From positions 1-64,000 of the forward strand of contig LSRY02000041.1 of NCBI GenBank assembly GCA_001643675.2: a stretch of DNA of 64,000 nt. The letters are read 5' to 3'. The position numbers were made by a program, and so were the translations under genes. Shown in pieces: positions 36,820 to 49,319 of the stretch. Source of the stretch: Monocercomonoides exilis PA203. Taxonomy: Eukaryota; Protista; Preaxostyla. The notes beneath the pieces are model-generated. The model ran no database searches and had not been told where the DNA came from. It saw only the letters and a program-made list of their open reading frames with translations. The stretch's first letter is position 1. Each line of letters starts with the position of its first letter.

Positions 36820-39800
36820 TTTTGAAAGCACATTGCAGACAGAAAACAATGAATATTCGTCATTCGTAAAGAATCCGCACATCATTGGAAAGAAGAAATT
36901 GGGGCAAAATATAAACTCAAAACAACCATGAAAATATGAATTGTTATACCATTCGAGGTTATTGGTATTATTTGGCAAGGTGTTAAAAAAAAGAAAGAAA
37001 GAAAAAGCGATAAATATTTTTTTGATTTGCAGTTATGGTCAATCAGATCATCAGATTTGAAAAGACAAAAATATTCCTTGTTGAAATGAGAGATCAGTGA
37101 GCGTGTATTTTCTGCAGTGCAGGCGATATTATTATGGGTGACAGTGGAAGGCAATGATGAAGATACGTTGATTTTGGAATGCTTTCATTTTATTTTTGAA
37201 ATTGGTTGACCAAGAAAATACAACAATTTTATATTGGAATGAAATTATCAGTGTGTATGTATTGATTATTTTACAACTCATTTTGAAGATGTCCCCGTTC
37301 ATAACCTTTCCAAAGTCCAGGAATTCTGCTTTTTGAAAAAATGGCAAATATCCTCTTTCAAGAGCATTACAATTGGAATGGAGATGATCATCGTATATCA
37401 GTTGGCAAATAAAGGAATTTATTCCAGGGCAATTCTTTTCATTGTTTTTGTTTGGCACGAGTGATGAAATCAAATTCGAAAGTTAAACATTTGGATGATG
37501 ACAAAAAGGATGGAATTCTATGAAAAATAAAATTGGAAAAAATATGCTGGGAATTTTGGAAAATAAGACCGGGGAGCAATTTTGGTTATATTTGGACGAG
37601 GTAAGAGAGACATTTTCTGCCAATGATGATAGACTCATTCCAAATCAATAAAACACGATATCTGCCGCATAAACGAAATGAGACAACCATTTCTGCTTTT
37701 GGTAAAAATCACCTGTTTTTTTATGGAAGTCTTTTGAAAGCGAAACATTGTTGCTTTTCATGATACAAATGGAATGACAACAAGGAAGATCAACAGCTCC
37801 TGATTCAGTCCATGCACTTGTTTTTCGAAAATTACAAAACAAACAATGTTGAGTTCAGTTGTTTCCCATCTCATGCATTTGCTCCATTTGCAAAAAGAGT
37901 TTAATGAACACTTGCAGCTTTATCTTTGTTGTTTAGTCATTTCAGCAATCATAAGGCAATCTTAAATTGAATTATTTTTCTGTGCTTTCACTATCATCAT
38001 CATCTTCTTCATCATCTTTTAATTGCGCACCTGCTTTATTTGCTTTATGTAATATAAATCTCGATCTCTTGCGGATTATTTGAAGCAAAGGACCGATTCC
38101 AGCCATTGATAACTGCGAGTGAAGGATTTGCATTTTCAGCCTTTTCGTCATCTGCCTCTGAAATAATCGGACTGTTTCATTCGATCCGTTTCAAACAACT
38201 TCCAAACCATCGTGTTATTCGCCAGATTCAGCTGTTGATATCTCGTTCTTCAGCCATATCACCTTTGATGGCATTTCCTCTTTCAAGACAATCAACATTC
38301 CTCATCTTCTTCATATTCAAAAAAAAATCCAACTTTCTTCAATTGCTTCGTCATTGTCACTCAATATATTCATATAAAGCACAATTTCTATCTTTTCTTC
38401 TTTTTCATCGTTCTCTTCCATTTCGCTTTGCTTCATTGCACTTGCTGCTTCGGCTGCCAATTTATTGTTCTGAGAAGGAGTCAGTGAGTCTTAATTCGTC
38501 TGGCGAAAGGTATAATGGCAATGTGCATGCACCAAAGTGGAGAGGATGTCGTCAACAGATCAAACAGATAGAAGAACAATATGAAGTGCATTCACAGCAT
38601 CTGCTGCTCCAATTGAATAAGAACGTTCTCCTCCACCAACTCTATGCTCATGTTTCTTTGTTCCTTTTGCTCATGAAGAAAGCATTGGAAGAGAAAAGTT
38701 TGATGAAAAGATATCATTTCATCACAATTCAACATGTTATGCGAAGCACTTAATGGAACTTTGTTATGAAATTCCAAGAATTCAGAAGTCTCTCTCGATG
38801 GGGAAGAATGAAAAGCATGTGATAAACAGTTGGTTTGGCCAAAGCATTCTGTGAATGGTCTTGAAGTCTTGTGACATGGCCACGTTGAAATGTTCAAGAA
38901 GGGTTTTTGGCAGAAGGAAATGATGAGGAAATCCCATTTTCTGATGATAGAATATCACTTTTCTGATATTTTTCAGTACGAAATGAATGATGAAGGAGAA
39001 GAGAGTCATGGAGTTTATGGAGAAGCAAGTGGTGCAGAGGAAAGAGAATAGGGAGAAGAAGAAGGAGGATGAGAATGTTATCGTTGATTCAACTGCTCAA
39101 TTGAATTTATAGAAATTATCAAAACATTGCAGCAGCCAAACCAATAGAGTATTATCTCTTCTGCTTCTTCTTCTTATGCTTTCAATCATTGATTGATTTC
39201 TGCTCCATTCATATTCATCTGAGAGGCAAATATATTTCCTTTCTTCTGCTTTGAATGACCTCATAAAGAATTCTATTTGGAGGGTCTGCCAATTCATATT
39301 GGAATATCTTCAATATTCTCATCGTTTTTCTTTGGGAATGCTTCATTGGATTGCCTCGCAACCTGTATTTAACAAATATCGCTTGCCATTTACACGACGA
39401 ATCAGTTAAAGTGGTAACTTCTTTGTATATTTCCCACACCGTTTCCGCTGTGCTTTTGTTGAAGTTGATTGAGCATGAAAAGGGTATTCTGAGTTTTGAA
39501 TTTTCTCATTGAAGATTTTTTATCTTTCATATTTTCAGTTTTTGAACATTTTCTTTCTGGTTTGTGAAGTGACTCTTTCATCTTCTTCTCAAAATTGGCA
39601 AATACGTCTTTGTTGGAAAAAGCAAAACATTATCTAGATATTCGCTTCTTTCTGTATCTAGGAATTCTGAAATGGAAAAAGGAAATCAAGCTCCTCTTTT
39701 TTTCTTCCTTCTTTTCTTTATTAATAGAGTTCGTGTATCTTCCATCTGCATTTGTTTTGACGATTTTCATCGATGAGTTGTTTTGGAAGTTTGAAAGTGC

Positions 39801-41098
39801 CAATGGTTCTTGAAGTGTTTTTTTCCCAAAACAAGTGAAGCACTTGTTTTAAAAAAAAAATTTTACAAATATTTCCGCTTATTCGCAATAATAAGACACA
39901 TCTATTTTTTTAATCATTTTTTTATATATAAAATGAACATGAAATAGTGCATAATTATATGCTGAAATTTCTCTTTCATTTGTGGAAAATTTTTTCTTTT
40001 GATCATAAATACCAAAATGAGTTAGTTAGTCTAAAGAAAAACATCGATAGGTATGCAACTTGGCATTCCTCAAATTGCAATTTTATGATTTCGATTTTAT
40101 TTTTTGCGGTAGCTATTTTTTCAGCTTCAATTCTGCGGAAGGTAGGTTCATTTGCAATTTGAGTGGAAAAAAATATTATTCAAAATGGAAGCGACTGATG
40201 TGAGGAATGTTGTTGAAAAAATGAGAGTCTTGTCTCCTATTTCATATGAAATGTAAAGTTTGAATGCATTTATTTTTTTGGAATAATTTTTGTGTTTTAT
40301 TTCAAATCTTTGCAGAGTTGCTTTCTGAGCTTGAACGTTGCAATGAAGAAGAACAAAGACAGAAAATTCTTGAAATGAATTTTATCATTGATGAAATGGA
40401 TGACAGTGAATTCATATTTGTTTTTGCAGTTGAAATGTTTGATTATATGAATAAAATGATTGAAGAAAAGAAAATCACAACGGATAACGTAGTAGTGCTG
40501 TTGAAGCATGTTGGATATTACAATGTGTTGAAAGATATATCGAATTTTGGCTTTGAAGGATCTACATTGAAAAAAATATTTGAGAAGATGATTATTGATG
40601 AAGAGAAGAAAAAAGAAGAAAAGAATGAAAAACTTCTCGTAAACCTTTGCGAATGCTATATTTTTCAAAGCAACTTATTTTCATATAAATTGCTTTCGAT
40701 TTGTGTGTCTTGCCTTCTAAAAGTTGCGTTGAAGAAAGAGGGAAATGAGGAGACTCAAAAAGAAGTGGAAATGGCTTTACTGGCATTGAGTTGTTTTGAC
40801 AGACGTTATGTATGAGCACTTCTTTTTCATTTTTGACGTTTCTGAATTTTTTTTCAATTTTTTGAATAGAACTTTCAAAGAGATCTTTTCCTGAATGAGA
40901 TCAAAGAGATTATCCTAAATCATCAGATGTATCGCAATCTGACACGTCTTGCATATCAATCTGCTTGGGAGTTTTTGATAAACAGGTTACCAAATAACAG
41001 TTTGGAAGAAGAGATGGTGAATGAGCTGCATATTATACGAGAGTCAATCAGAGAACTGGAAGAGTTATCGACGAGTGTGGATTGGAAGAAGAAAGAAG
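35935..41098. repeat. 581-bp inverted repeat (35935-36515 vs 40518-41098) between paralogues A and B
   Basis: The translated ORFs are identical over the tract and the intron is also identical. Sequences diverge sharply on both sides. Confidence 0.9.
37100..39500 (-). pseudogene. Heavily decayed ORF, possibly a Mutator/MULE-type transposase remnant
   Basis: Fragmented minus-strand ORFs. C..C...LPCCH resembles a SWIM finger. No DDE core was confidently read. Confidence 0.25.
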
Positions 41099-41598
41099 TG
41101 GCTAATGGATTGATAGAAGCGAAAGAAACGATAATATTAAGAAGCCGGATTTTTTCACTGGAAGTACATTAAAGCGAACCCCAATTTTGGAATGAAGAAT
41201 GATATGAAGTTGTAGGCAGCGTTGTGTGGACATTTCAAGCGGTCAAGAATAATTTCAGTGATACGAGCTATGAAACGGTTTACCTTTTAGAAAGCATGGT
41301 GAAAAGCAAAGGAATTCCGCTTGATGCTATGTTTAAGGAAAAGGCAATTGATGTTATTTTGGAGGAGATTCTTCAAACAAGATTGGAAAACTGTATTATT
41401 CGACAATGTTTGATAATTTTAAAGTTCCTTTCAGGAAGATTGAATGAAAAGATGAAAGAAGATAGTTGCAAGGCAAATCATAAAGAGACGAAAAGAAAGA
41501 TATTAGACAAGAGGGAAGAAAAACAATACAAAATAATTATTTTGTGCGTTTGTGAAGTATTACTATTTTCAGGTCAATTCTTCACTGAATTATCTTAG
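40185..41598 (+). pseudogene. Lineage-specific multicopy helical protein, paralogue B (stops at about 41170 and 41200)
   Basis: Same motifs as paralogue A. The frame is broken by stops shortly after the identical tract. Confidence 0.7.
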
Positions 41599-44500
41599 AT
41601 TATCATTTGGCATAAAGAAGAAAAGGAAGGAAAATTAAAAGAGAAGACAGACATACGCAAATAATCAATGAAAAATTTGATTCTTCCTCTTAATTCAGAT
41701 CATTGAGCCAGCATATCATGGCCATCTCATTCATCTCATTCAATTCATTCAATTCATTCATCATCGACACAAAGAAAACATTGAGAATTTCAATCAGAAT
41801 GTTTTCTTCTTCACTTTTTTGGTTTGAAAATTTCAAAAAGTCTTTGGTATTTATTTGATTTTTTTTTTCTTCTTCATTGCTTCTTGCCACTTTTTCATCT
41901 CATTTGAGCAATACAACAGAATTGTTATTGAAGACTTCTTTTTTTCACTCATTTGCACAAATCTCAAAAATATTAGTTTTTTTTTTTTTTTTTCCTCATA
42001 TTCACAGATATTTTGGAGAAGGTGGAGAAGGATACGAAAGCTGTGATAAAGAGCGCAAATATGAAAATAGAGGAAAGTAATATCACTGATGAAGATCAAG
42101 AGATTGAATCTTAAAAAGAGAAGTGAATAATATTCAAATGTCATCAAAAAATAAAAAAAGTTGTTTGATTTGTTAAGTGGAAAATCAATAAAAGAAAAAC
42201 AGTTCTTTTCATTTCCTTTTCAATTGATGTTCAAATGAGAAGGTGAATGAAGAAAAAGAAGGTGAAGAAGGTTAAGATTCATGAAATTTTCTGAATTGCA
42301 ACCTCACAGAGAAAGAGTCTTTGTTTCTCAGCAATGAGAAAAATAGGGTCATATTTTTATTGGTACCTATTTTTTTTATTGGTACCTAAAATTTTCTGGT
42401 TTTTTAAGCATTTGCAAATAAAGAAAAATAAACATAAACCTTTAAAACATCATTATTTACTATTTCCGAGAATATTTTTTTGCTTTTACCATTTTACTAA
42501 AAAGATCTTGAAATTTTTATTTTACAAATGCGATCAAAGACATGCTCGTATTTCCACGAGCTTTTGAATTTGATAGTTTTTCTTGTTGATGTTGCTATTA
42601 AACTTTTCTTTTTTATATTTTTGGTTATTTTTAAACAATGAGAACTCTTTTTTTTCTATAGATTTCACACCTCACCATTTTTGAGTAAAACTGTCATATA
42701 AACAAAGCCAATATTATTTACACCTTTTTCTTTTTGTCAATAAATGCATAATTTAGTTAAATATCATATAATTAAGCTATAATATATAAATATTTGTGTT
42801 TGACGAGTTTAACACGTAAAACAAAATATCAACTTTTTCATTTTGTGTGACAAATGTTTTTTGTTAAATATTTTTACCACATCACATATTTGTAAAATAC
42901 AATAATACATTATTTGAACATAAGAAAAAGGGCATAAGTGTAAAAAAACGCCTGCTTCAGTTTTATGATTTTCTTAATTTCAACAAAATTATCATAAATA
43001 ACATTAAAAAACAACACTTTTGGGTGGAGCAGTTTTATGATATTTCAACATAAATTTCATCAAAAAATTATTTGTGATCAATCCCTTAATTAAAAATTTT
43101 CTTGTTCATTTTCTGTTTTTAGTGCGAAAGCGGAAGAATCTCAGCTTGATTGTTGAAGCCAATAATGCATTTCTTGCGATGTCATAAATGAAGTTAGAAT
43201 TTGCACTAATTTTATTTCTTTAAATCTGTTATTCAATAAAAATTTCGCTATCACTTATTAATCAATAACAATTCATAATATTAAATTGAAAGAAGTTTCT
43301 TTCAATGAAAGCCAATGTCACAGAAGATCTGATGATTATGAAATACTCATATTTCCAATTTTATTAGAGAAATCAGTTATTTATGTATTATTTATTTTTT
43401 CAAATTGAAATGCTTTCCATTTGAAATGAAGGCTATCATTATTGTTTTTTTATTGATTTTGCTAAATAAGACATAATTGTTAGATAACGATTATTGTTCA
43501 TTTTGTTTTTGTCAAATTGTCTCAAATAATAAAAATTGTGAATGAAAATACAAAAAATGTGCAGTATTCACGTGATTTATTTTTTGAGGGCTCGTTTCAT
43601 CAAAATGAAAAGAACGAAAAACTTCAAAATGAATAAATGCCGACGGAAGATGTTTATTAATTGTTAAAGAAGCTGCTCGTAATAAACTTGAAATGCGGTA
43701 ACAATCTCGATGTGTTCCCAATTCCACAACATATCAAATTTGATGGTTAAGAAGCCAAATATTGAATCGGATCCATAAAAGTTTTCGCTTCTTTTTTCAT
43801 TAATCTCCAATAATTTCTGAATAATGCATGAACTTATAGAATATGAAGATGAAGTGGAAGAAGAGGAAGAAAAAGAAGAAGAAACAGAAGGAGAAGGAGA
43901 AGAAGATGAAGATGAAGTGGAAGAAGAGGAAGGAGCAATTTGAGTAGCAGAAGAGGAAGAAGAAGAGACGTAAGAATTGTCAATTTCTGTTTTTTTAGAG
44001 AGCTGTGATTGAACTGGGAGATTTGCATTGGCAAGCATCGAGTAAAAAGACAAGTAAGTTTATGTGGGCGCTGCTTTGACAGGAAAAACAGGACGAGAAG
44101 AAGGAAGCTTAGAAAAGGGAATGGAAGCATTTTGAACTGAAGAAGAAGAAGAAGATGATGATGATAGCGATATTGTTGTTGAAGGACACATCAAAGAACC
44201 CATGAAGCGCGAGAAAAATGCCTGACACGGTGAATGCACTGGTGTTGCAGTTGAAGAAACATCAATTGGCTTCCCAGTCGATTCTGCAAGCGCTTCAGAG
44301 CATTCAAGTGTCTGCATTTGGTTCTGTTTCCTTTGCCTCACATCCTCATCCGCCTCCACACCTTCTTCCTTCTTCTTCTTCTTCTTCTTCTTCTTCTTCT
44401 TCTTCCTATTCTTCTTCCTATTATTCTTTTTCTTCTCTTTCTCTTTCTCCTTCTCCTTCTCCCCATCACCTGCCTTTTGAGACGCCGATGATTGCCTCAT

Positions 44501-45518
44501 CATCTCCTGCGCATGTTGTATCATCAGCATCGCCTGGTTTGTCTGATTGACAGCTGTTTTGAATGTGAATAGAACAACCACAAAAACACGGGCAAGAACA
44601 AGAGCAATGTGGAGAACAACAAAAATGGAGGTGGAAGATCTGAAGGGGTTGTTGTGTGTTTGGTGGTGGGTGGATGAAAGGAGAGAAGAATTCACAATGG
44701 AAAAAGAAGAGCAAGAGGAGGAGGAAGAAGAAGGAGGAGGAGGAGGATTAAATTGTAGCTGTCTCGACAGATGAACTTTTAACGAAGAAAAAGTTTTTTG
44801 TTGAACAACATGTTTATTTTGAACCCAATTGTTCTCGGGTTTAATCCTGTGCTTTTTTTTCATTTGAAAAAGCTCATCTGTTTTTTTCGCTGTTTCTTTT
44901 TTCTTTGTTATTTCTCTCAAAGCACTTTTTTTCTTCTTCACATTCATAAATCTTGTAAATAAGATACGCAGTTTCAACAACTTGTATCTCTTCATCTGGA
45001 AAGAGTTTCAATCGAGTTCTGTGCAGGGATCGAAATGGATGCCTTTTTGCTCCAATGCATAGGTCGAGATGGATGGTGGATGAAGAGTGTCAAATACATC
45101 AAGCTCGATGTATATGGTTGACATCTTTAAAGAAGAAGATAATGAATGAAGAAGATTTGTGGTGGGAGGACGATATTGAAGATGAGAAATGGGAAAAGAA
45201 AATTTTGTTTGTTGAATAAAAGCCAGATATTGCGATAGGCTGAGTGTGTAGATTAGAGGAAAGCTGATCAATTGGAAAGAAGCGAACGAATAATCAGATT
45301 CAATATGACGTGAAAAAGCATATTGATGGTAAAAAAATGCGTTGATGTGTTGCTTCGCTTTGATGATGAAAACCATGCAATGAGGAGCGAGAAAAGAACA
45401 GGAAATAGTTGTGGAGAATTGAAAAAAATGATTCAGCAAATGAATTTAAATAATGTGTATTGCATGTAGATACTTTTAATAAATTTGATACACAGCATAC
45501 AGTGATTTCCGTGACAGC

Positions 45519-46330
45519 TTAACTAAAGGGAATTATTTGTGTCTGAACAAATGTTGAACCAAGAAGGGTGAGGAAGGCATCTTGGAGAAGGGAAATGAAG
45601 CCAGTGAGGGCATACTCGACGGCTGTACATGGGGTCTGTTGAGGTCTGCCACAGACATCAACATCACTTCCACCATTTGAGACTATTTTGTTCTGGGCGA
45701 TGAGGGGGAGCCAGCCATTGAAAGTTTCATTGTCTGCTTGTCCATTATTCCACAATCTTTGTGTTGGAGTTGTTGATCCACACTGATTGAATGGTGATTG
45801 GGTGATGGCATTACCACTGAAAAACACATCGTTTCCTCTTCCATTTGTTGCAGTATTTCCATCGAAGAAGCAGAATGTGATGAATTTTATTCCATTCATC
45901 CAAAAATAAGTGTTCCAAAAATACATTCCTGCACCTCCATAATTGGCAGAGGCAGTCAATTTGTTATTAATAAATTGGCAATCATCAATCAAAAACTGAG
46001 TTGGTTTATTAATTGGTGGATTTGCAAATGTTAATGATCCCGCAGCATCACCACCAGAATTAGCAATGCACTTGCATTTGGTGAGCAGGAATAAGAGCAT
46101 TTTCTGGCATATCATACACATGAAAATACCAACCAGTTCCATAAATGCCCTTAATATTACAACCTCCCTCTCTATTATCTGAGAATGAATAAACAGAAGA
46201 TGATTGTCGACCATCAATGCAAATTGCACCTCCATGCAACGCCGAACAACCTGTTGAATTTAATTTTGATTTATTCTCATTTTGTTAACTGCAACAGCAT
46301 AAAGCTCAACCTGCAGCATCATAATAACAA
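45519..46330 (-). pseudogene. Fragment of a beta-helix surface-protein family gene
   Basis: YGGAGMYF, FCFFDGN..GNDVF and GSDVDVCG..PCTAVEY parallel the modules of the 22113 protein. It is truncated and frameshifted. Confidence 0.65.
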
Positions 46331-47552
46331 TAATAAAATTTTTGAATTATTTTCTTTGAATATGTTTTTCAAATCTATTTTATAATTGGTTTCTTTTTTT
46401 TTTCCCATAATTAAATTTCTTCATAATCATTTGAAAAGATAACAATCAAAGCTTTCTTGCAGGTTGTTTTCGGAACAACATTATAATGTTTGTATTAATT
46501 TTTCGTTGATTAATTTTTCAAAGCTAAATTGAGACTCTCAGCTTGTTCAACGTTCCTTATTGTTAGTGACTTTATCTCTTCAAAAATACCATTTGAACAA
46601 TCTGAAAAAGCATCAAAAAACATATCGTTTATAACAATCTAACTTATGAGCATCGTTAGTATTCATAGAATCAATTTATTCACACGAAGGTTGAATTTCC
46701 ATAAAACGATGCTTTATCTTAAAAAACATTGACTGATAATAATAAGAAAGAATATTCAAAGTTAAGACTTTTTATTGCTTCGTTCAATACTCGCGTTAAT
46801 TGTTCACTATGATGCACTGTGTTACTCTTTCATAGAAAAATTTCATTTCTTCGAAATCCCAATTGCACTTGTAAAGGTAATTTCTTCTCGCATGCAATCC
46901 TCTTTTGCAATGGAAACCCGAAAATAATCAAATACAAGAAAAATGACTAAAACACTCGAGTGGAAAATTCTTATCTCGTGTTAAATGCGAACAAATGATA
47001 TTTCTTTCAAAAGTCATCTACTCAATATTCATTATTAAAATCATAATATATGAAACTGCATGTGCAACTTTTTCTTTTCATTCATTAATTAATATTTCAA
47101 TTATCCAAAGTTAATTTTCTGAAAAATTCAAAATTTGTCAGATCATTCAGATTCATTTCGAAATTATTGATCAGAAAACTGCAAAAAACGTGACATGATT
47201 AAAGTGTAATAGGTTTGTCTTTTAATCCAATGCTCTTTGATTTAATATGGCTTCGCAGAATTTTTTTCATTTTAGTCGATATAACTTTTTTCTTTTCTTT
47301 CAAGTATCTTTTTTTCGCCTGAAAATCTTTTATTTCACAAAATCGATCAGCTTCCATGCGAAGAACTTTAATACATGGAAAATCTGTTTGCTTTATGAAT
47401 CGTCCACTTTTCGATCTGAGCCTTGATACTGCTTTTCTTTTTAAATTCTTGCTTCTGCTTGGGATGATAGTTTCTGAATCAGAAATTATTATCGAGAACT
47501 TCTTTCTTTAATATAAGTTTGTTGTTCCACAAGTTTTTTCATCTTTATCATC

Positions 47553-48047
47553 CTTCTCCATCTCCTTCTCTTCCTTCTCCATCTCCTTCTCCTCCTTCTC
47601 CATCTCCTTCTCCTCCTTCTCCATCTCCTTCTCCTCCTTCTCCATCTCCTTCTCCTCCTTCTCCTTCTCCTTCTCTTCCTTCTCCATCTCCTTCTCCTCC
47701 TTCTCCATCTCCTTCTCCTCCTTCTCCATCTCCTTCTCCTCCTTCTCCATCTCCTTCTCCTCCTTCTCCATCTCCTTCTCTTCCTTCTCCATCTCCTTCT
47801 CCTCCTTCTCCATCTCCTTCTCTTCCTTCTCCATCTCCTTCTCCTCCTTCTCCATCTCCTTCTCTTCCTTCTCCATCTCCTTCTCCTCCTTCTCCATCTC
47901 CTTCTCTTCCTTCTCCATCTCCTTCTCCTCCTTCTCCATCTCCTTCTCCTCCTTCTCCATCTCCTTCTCCTCCTTCTCCATCTCCTTCTCTTCCTTCTCC
48001 ATCTCCTTCTCCTCCTTCTCCATCTCCTTCTCTTCCTTCTACATCTC
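47553..48047 (-). repeat. 21-bp coding minisatellite (ATGGAGAAGGARGAGAAGGAG), about 23-24 copies, encoding (MEKEEKE)n
   Basis: A direct tandem array in frame with the upstream transposase. Confidence 0.95.
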
Positions 48048-49319
48048 CTGCTCCTTTTGCTTATTTTCTTTTTTTCTTTCCTCTTTTTCAAACGTTTTAT
48101 TTTTCTTTCTTTTCGTTATCTCAACTGTTTTTGTTTTGTTTTCTATTTTTGCTGGATCATCTTCACTGTCAAATTCATCAATCATTCTGATTTTTCTGTT
48201 TTCGCGTGCTCTTTCTTTTTTCAGTTTTGATGATTCTTTTCTGTTCCGAATAAAATCATCGAGATCATCTTCATGAAAAAGTTCAATAACGTTTTCTGTT
48301 TCTTTTTCATTTTTTTTCATCATATATATTGATTGCTGCAATATTTTTTCTTTCTCAATCACACTTCTTATTTCCATTTCACATGATTCATATGTCATCA
48401 AATATGAATTCAATTCATTTCTATTGATTAAGCACATATCACAAATTAACTTTGCAATTGATTTTTTTGTGTTAAACCTATATTGAAATTCCAGTGCATA
48501 TTCCTTTGTCTGTTCAAGCACTCTACCACGCTTTCTCATGTGGCATTTAATATGAGACCACATACACTCGATGGTTTGAGTGTGAACATTTTTATCTTCT
48601 GGTTTGACAAAATTTAATGAATGATTCACACAATCGTGTTTGTATCCTGCAATTTTTATACCTTGATAAGAAGACCACATATCAGAGTAAACTATTGCGC
48701 TTTTATCAATATTCTTTTCTATGAAATACATGAGTGTTTCCTCAGTTCTGTTGGCAACAAATTCGACTTTGAAGTGCTGAGGTGCTCCTTCCATCTTTCT
48801 TTCACACACACCCCACAGCCACTGTTGATCCTGAATTCTTCCTACTCCATTTTTTCTTTTGTGCACAAGTGTCTCGTCGATTTCTACGATTCGATTTTTT
48901 CCAATTTTTTCAAAGCATTCCATCTCAATGAAACCGCAAATTCTTCTAATTTTTTGATTGAATTTTAAAACTGTTTTATTAGAAAGATTTGTTTCATGTG
49001 TTACTTCGCTAATTGAATGCTTATACCAGAAATGAAATAGCAGGCAAATGAATTGAAATGGTGAAAATCTGAACTCTGAAAAGATAGTGAAATGATTCCA
49101 GTTGAGTTTTTTTCCGCATTTTGAACATTTGTAATAAAATTCATCCTGTTTTCCACCATCAACAAAATGCATATGACCTTTACAACGATGACATTTGGAG
49201 TATTTTTTGATGAAATTGAAACTGTTCAATATCTTTATTGCAAAATCGCTGTTCCCATTTGACAGTTGAATAAATTCACATAAAGAAATTGTTTCGAAAA
49301 TGTTCTTATAATCCTCCAT
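48039..49319 (-). CDS. IS1595/ISXO2-like (Merlin) DDE transposase, intact core
   Basis: Zinc ribbon CHRC..CSKC, then [35 protein letters not shown] and EFQYRFN. Confidence 0.92.
   Translation of the reverse strand: MEDYKNIFETISLCEFIQLSNGNSDFAIKILNSFNFIKKYSKCHRCKGHMHFVDGGKQDEFYYKCSKCGKKLNWNHFTIFSEFRFSPFQFICLLFHFWYKHSISEVTHETNLSNKTVLKFNQKIRRICGFIEMECFEKIGKNRIVEIDETLVHKRKNGVGRIQDQQWLWGVCERKMEGAPQHFKVEFVANRTEETLMYFIEKNIDKSAIVYSDMWSSYQGIKIAGYKHDCVNHSLNFVKPEDKNVHTQTIECMWSHIKCHMRKRGRVLEQTKEYALEFQYRFNTKKSIAKLICDMCLINRNELNSYLMTYESCEMEIRSVIEKEKILQQSIYMMKKNEKETENVIELFHEDDLDDFIRNRKESSKLKKERARENRKIRMIDEFDSEDDPAKIENKTKTVEITKRKKNKTFEKEERKKENKQKEQEM

Noticed and set aside
10644-48041. Stop-codon reassignment (TAA/TAG read as sense), as known in some oxymonads, suggested by in-frame stops
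   Set aside because: The conserved tryptophanase ends at TAA right after its expected C-terminus. The 2950-aa ORF has no internal TAR codons. The in-frame stops replace different residues (Tyr in SDEWKAY, Glu in MEKEEKE), so they look like ordinary nonsense mutations.
47489-48190. Arg/Trp-rich and Pro/Ser-rich ORFs; CRISPR-like periodicity
   Set aside because: They are shadow frames of the 21-bp minisatellite. There are no unique spacers, so this is not a CRISPR array.
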